Assembly: GCF_009914755.1 (NCBI RefSeq)
Contig: NC_060933.1
Direction: 5' to 3' (one strand)
DNA from: the human T2T-CHM13v2.0 reference genome, Homo sapiens
DNA: 64,000 nucleotides
The notes beneath the pieces were generated by a model. It was not told the origin of the DNA, did no database searches, and saw only the letters and a list, made by a program, of their open reading frames with translations. Below are positions 59,566-64,000 of this stretch, piece by piece. How positions within the stretch are numbered: position 1 is the stretch's first letter; every line of letters begins with the position of its first letter. The position numbers and the translations under genes were made by a program.

Positions 59566-59843
59566 CCTGTAATCCCAGCACTTTAGGAGGCTAAGGTGGG
59601 TGGATCACCCGAGGTCAGGAGTTCAAGACCAGCCTGGTCAACATGGCGAAATCCTGTCTCTAGTAAAAATACAAAAATTAGCTGGGCGTGGTGGTGCACA
59701 CCTGTAGTCCCAGTGACTAGGGAGGCTGAGGCAGGAGAATCGCTTGAACCTGGGGGGTGGAGGTGCAGTGAGCCGAGGCTATGCCACTGGATTCCAGCCT
59801 GTGGGACAGAGTGAGACCCTGTCTCAAAAAAAAAAAAAAAAAA
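59566..59843 (+). mobile_element. AluS, slightly 5'-truncated
   Basis: Starts at cctgtaatcccagc; TSD aaatttcaacc / aaaattcaacc. Confidence 0.95.
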
Positions 59844-60109
59844 TTCAACCAGATTTATCTAATTTCTGTTGGCCAAACTCCATGCAATATTTTTTTCTCT
59901 AGTTTATTTTTCTTGTTTAGATACAGACTTGCTCTATTATTATAGTTTTCATTCTAAAAATTAGCTTAGCAAAACCTGCTGATTAATGAGGGCATTGTGT
60001 GCACTGAGAATGCTGTGTCATGCAGAAACATCTCACTTTTCCTATTTTTTCCATATACAGATGTTCATCTTAGGTATAATCACATTTATAGTGTTTTGGA
60101 ATCACTAAT

Positions 60110-60475
60110 GTGTATACATTTATACATGCATGTATACACGTATCCAACTGCAGTCACGCATGCATGCACACACATACATGTATACATGCATGCATGCATC
60201 CATGTATATGCACATCTATGCACAATACATACACATGCAAGTGCACATACATGCACCCATACATGCATACATACGTGCATGTATCATGCATACATAGATG
60301 TACATGCATGTATCATGCATAGATGTACATGCATGTATGCATAAGTGGATGCATGTGCATGCATGTATGCATGTACACATGTATGTATACGTGTGTATGC
60401 ATGTATTGTCTTGTTACAATCAGGAGTATATATATATAATGTTAACATGACATATATATGTGTATACATATATAT
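60110..60475. repeat. Degenerate (CATG/TACA/TGCA)n alternating purine-pyrimidine repeat
   Basis: Direct reading; source of the spurious H/M/C/Y-rich ORFs. Confidence 0.92.
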
Positions 60476-60486
60476 TTTAAAAATGA

Positions 60487-60772
60487 GGCTGGGTGCAGTG
60501 GCTCACAGCTGTAATCCTAGCACTTTGGGAGACCGAGGTGGTCAGATTGCCTGAGCTGAGGAGTGTGAGACCACCCCGGGCAACACGGCAAATTCCCATC
60601 TCTACTAACATACCAAAAATTAGCTGGGTGTGGTGGCAAACACCTGTAGTCCTAGCTACTTGGGGGGCTGAGGCAGGAGAATTGCTTGAACCCAGGAGGC
60701 AGAGGTTGCAGTGAGCCAAGATTGCACCACTGTACTTCAGCCTGGGTGACAGAGTGAGACTCCAAAAAAAAA
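60487..60772 (+). mobile_element. AluS
   Basis: Full Alu. Confidence 0.95.
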
Positions 60773-60912
60773 TATTAAGACAATATTTTTTCTTAAATAC
60801 TAAGGAGGCAATGTATTTGGAATGAGGAAAAACATTGAAAATATCTATCTTGGTCATATTTTTATAGTTTGATCAAAATGATTAATAAACAAACCCAGCC
60901 CTTCCTCTAAGC

Positions 60913-61138
60913 CAGGGGTATCCAATCTTTTGGCTTCCCTGGGCCACACTGGAAGAAGAATTGTCTTGGGTCACACATAAAATACACTAACACTAATGAT
61001 AGCTGATGAGCTAAAACAAAAAATTGCAAAAAAATCTCATAATGTTTTAAGAAAGTTTACAAATTTGTGTTGGGCCACATTCAAAGCCATCCTAGACCAA
61101 TGGGCTGCGGCCCATGGGCCGTGGGTTGGACAAGCTTG
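60913..61138 (+). mobile_element. MER30 hAT-Charlie MITE, full length
   Basis: caggggtatccaatcttttggcttccctgggccaca...gggttggacaagcttg; 8-bp TSD ctctaagc / ttctaagc. Confidence 0.92.
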
Positions 61139-61227
61139 TTCTAAGCATTTACACGCAATTGATATAAGACAGAATACTAAAACATGACACAACAGAGTCT
61201 ATTATTCCTAAGAAGCTTCTCCATTTT

Positions 61228-61541
61228 CTTATTTATTTATTTATTTATTATTTTATTTTGAGACAGAGTCTCCCTCTGTTGCCCAGGCTGCAGTGCAGTG
61301 GTGCAATCTCGGCTCACCACAACCTCTGCCGCACAGGATCAAGCGATTCTCCTGCCTCAGCCTCCTGCGTAGCTGGGATTACAGACGCACGCCCCCACGC
61401 CAGGCTTACTTTTGTATTTTTAGTCGAGACAGGGTATCACCATGTTGGCCAGGCTGGTCTTGAATTCCTGACCTCTGGCAATCCGCGCGCCTCGGCCTCC
61501 CAAAGTGTTGGGATTACAGGCGTGAACCACCGCGTCTGGCC
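61228..61541 (-). mobile_element. AluS
   Basis: Full Alu with (TTTA)n tail. Confidence 0.95.
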
Positions 61542-61922
61542 GAAGTTATTCTTTTCTGTCTCAAACCAGGAAGGTCTAGAAAACCTGCCACTGGAATCTG
61601 TGAGGCTATTCATTGACACATTAGAAGATAGTTGTACATTCAAAGTAGGAACAGAACTATTATCTATACCAGAAACATGAACTTGATTCTATTTTAGGCA
61701 GTGATTCTTCCTGTGTTAAAGCTTCCTGAACTTGCTCTCACTCCTCTCTCACACACAGACATACCTCACACACATGACTATCCAATGATTATTGTGCATA
61801 TCTGCTCATCAGACTCACTTGGGAGGCTAAAGGCTAATTCCCAGTACCAGTTTCTGGACTTATTAAATCTGAGCATGAGGATGTGGGGCTTATGAATATG
61901 TATTTTTTCAAAAGTTTTCGCA

Positions 61923-62221
<299 letters not shown>

Positions 62222-63034
62222 TCCCAATAAATTTTGATGTGGTAAGTCCAGCATAATCTTGGGGGAGCCATTGCAATTAATATATCAGCTTTGGTAAATT
62301 TAAATAAACAGTCCAAAGTGCATTGGAATGGATGAGTGAGATCTAAAACTGGACACAGAAGAAGAGGAGGCAAAATAAAAACAATAAAAGGGAAAGTTGG
62401 CAAGGAACAAAGACAGATAGAATCCCAGTCTCTCTTCACAAAGGAGAAGTTATTACGCTAGTGAGAAGGGATTAGTGGTTAACATCAAATTCATACTGTT
62501 AACAGGCAGAGAATTCGTGTGTAGTTTATTCTTTTAAATCTTCATGTTAATACTTATTAAAAGGATTAAAAGGATGTATTTTGTGCCTTTGTATTTTTCT
62601 CAGCAAATTTTCTTGACTTTGTTTTTTTTCTCTATTAAGTCCAGTGTTAATATATATTTTTGTTACAGAAATTTTTCTGAAATGGGTGGACCCAACTGAT
62701 AATTTTCATCAATGCCAGGACTTTCAGAAGAGAGCTCACTAGGATATTACTTACACAATCACTCCTGATGAGGAATAGGCATTTTTTATGCCAAATATCT
62801 ACACATGCACATATACACACATCATGCTAAATGAACCATTACTCCATGGTCGTATCCCTTACCTCCTACGAATATGAGAATACAAAGGTCATCAGGGAAA
62901 TTCTTACTTTCTTAACAATAGTCATAATAACATTCCATGTCTTAGATGGCTCTTGTTTATTGTCTTTGCCATCCAACTGCGTAGGAACTGATTCAGAGGC
63001 CTAATAGGCAGGGATGCAGTTTGATTTAGAATGA

Positions 63035-63390
<356 letters not shown>

Positions 63391-63469
63391 CAAAGATTTT
63401 TCCTTTCTTTTCTTCTCTCGTTTCTTTTTCTCTTCTTTCTTTGTTTCTTTTTCTCTCTTTTTGTCTGTC

Positions 63470-63768
63470 TTTTTTTTGTTGTTTTTGAGACTGAGTCTCG
63501 CTCTGTCATCCAGGCTGGAGCGCAATGGTGTGGTCTCGGTTCACTGAAACCTCCGCCTCCTGGGTTCAAGTGAGTCTCCTGCCTCAGCCTCCTAAGTAGC
63601 TGGGATTACAGGCGCCTGCCACCACGCCCAGCTAATTTTTGTATTTTTAGTAGAGACAGGGTTTCACCATGTTGGCCAGGCTGGTCTCGAACTCCTGACC
63701 TTAGGTGATCCGCCTGCTTCTGCCTCCCTAAGTGCTGGGATTACAGGCATGAGCCACCGCGCCTGGCC
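63470..63768 (-). mobile_element. AluS (Sx-like)
   Basis: Full Alu, preceded by a long pyrimidine tail from ~63396. Confidence 0.95.
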
Positions 63769-64000
63769 AGCTTCTACATACTTCTTATTTTAGAAGTTAC
63801 TCAGCACCGAGAGCAAGCAATAAAACGAGTCATACCAAAAAGCTACATTCCTGTCTCCTAAGCCCCAACCACACTCCACTCCTGTGGCCCGTGGTCCAAA
63901 CAGAAAATAACTGGAGAAGATGAGGAGGTCAAAGGATCAGGGAACTAAGTAAGCATTATGTGAATTCACCAGCAAGACGTACAGAATGCTTGTGTTTACA

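Overview
AT-rich primate (great-ape/human-type) genomic DNA with an intronic or intergenic character. There is no credible long protein-coding ORF; the supplied ORFs are Alu, L1 or microsatellite read-throughs or chance frames. The window contains about 22 Alus, a young TSD-flanked L1PA2-like 3' fragment, L1PB and old L1PA fragments, a ~6 kb decayed L1M carrying a nested MST LTR and AluY, MLT1/MLT2 LTRs, hAT MITEs (MER5, MER30, MER81, MER97), MIR/L2 relics and several microsatellites. The best non-routine signals are: (1) a TSD-flanked retrocopy of the C/D-box snoRNA U27/SNORD27 at 28572-28643; (2) a ~340 bp, ~98% identical duplication not matching any repeat I recognise (5358-5697 vs 12903-13251) with templated junctions; (3) an apparent AT->GC substitution bias in the young L1; (4) several splice-site-defined candidate exons, including a minus-strand exon/82-nt intron/exon unit and a 12-nt microexon. 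Repeat family names and consensus comparisons are from memory, not from a search. I could not identify the host gene, and I see no evidence of a novel multi-gene system.
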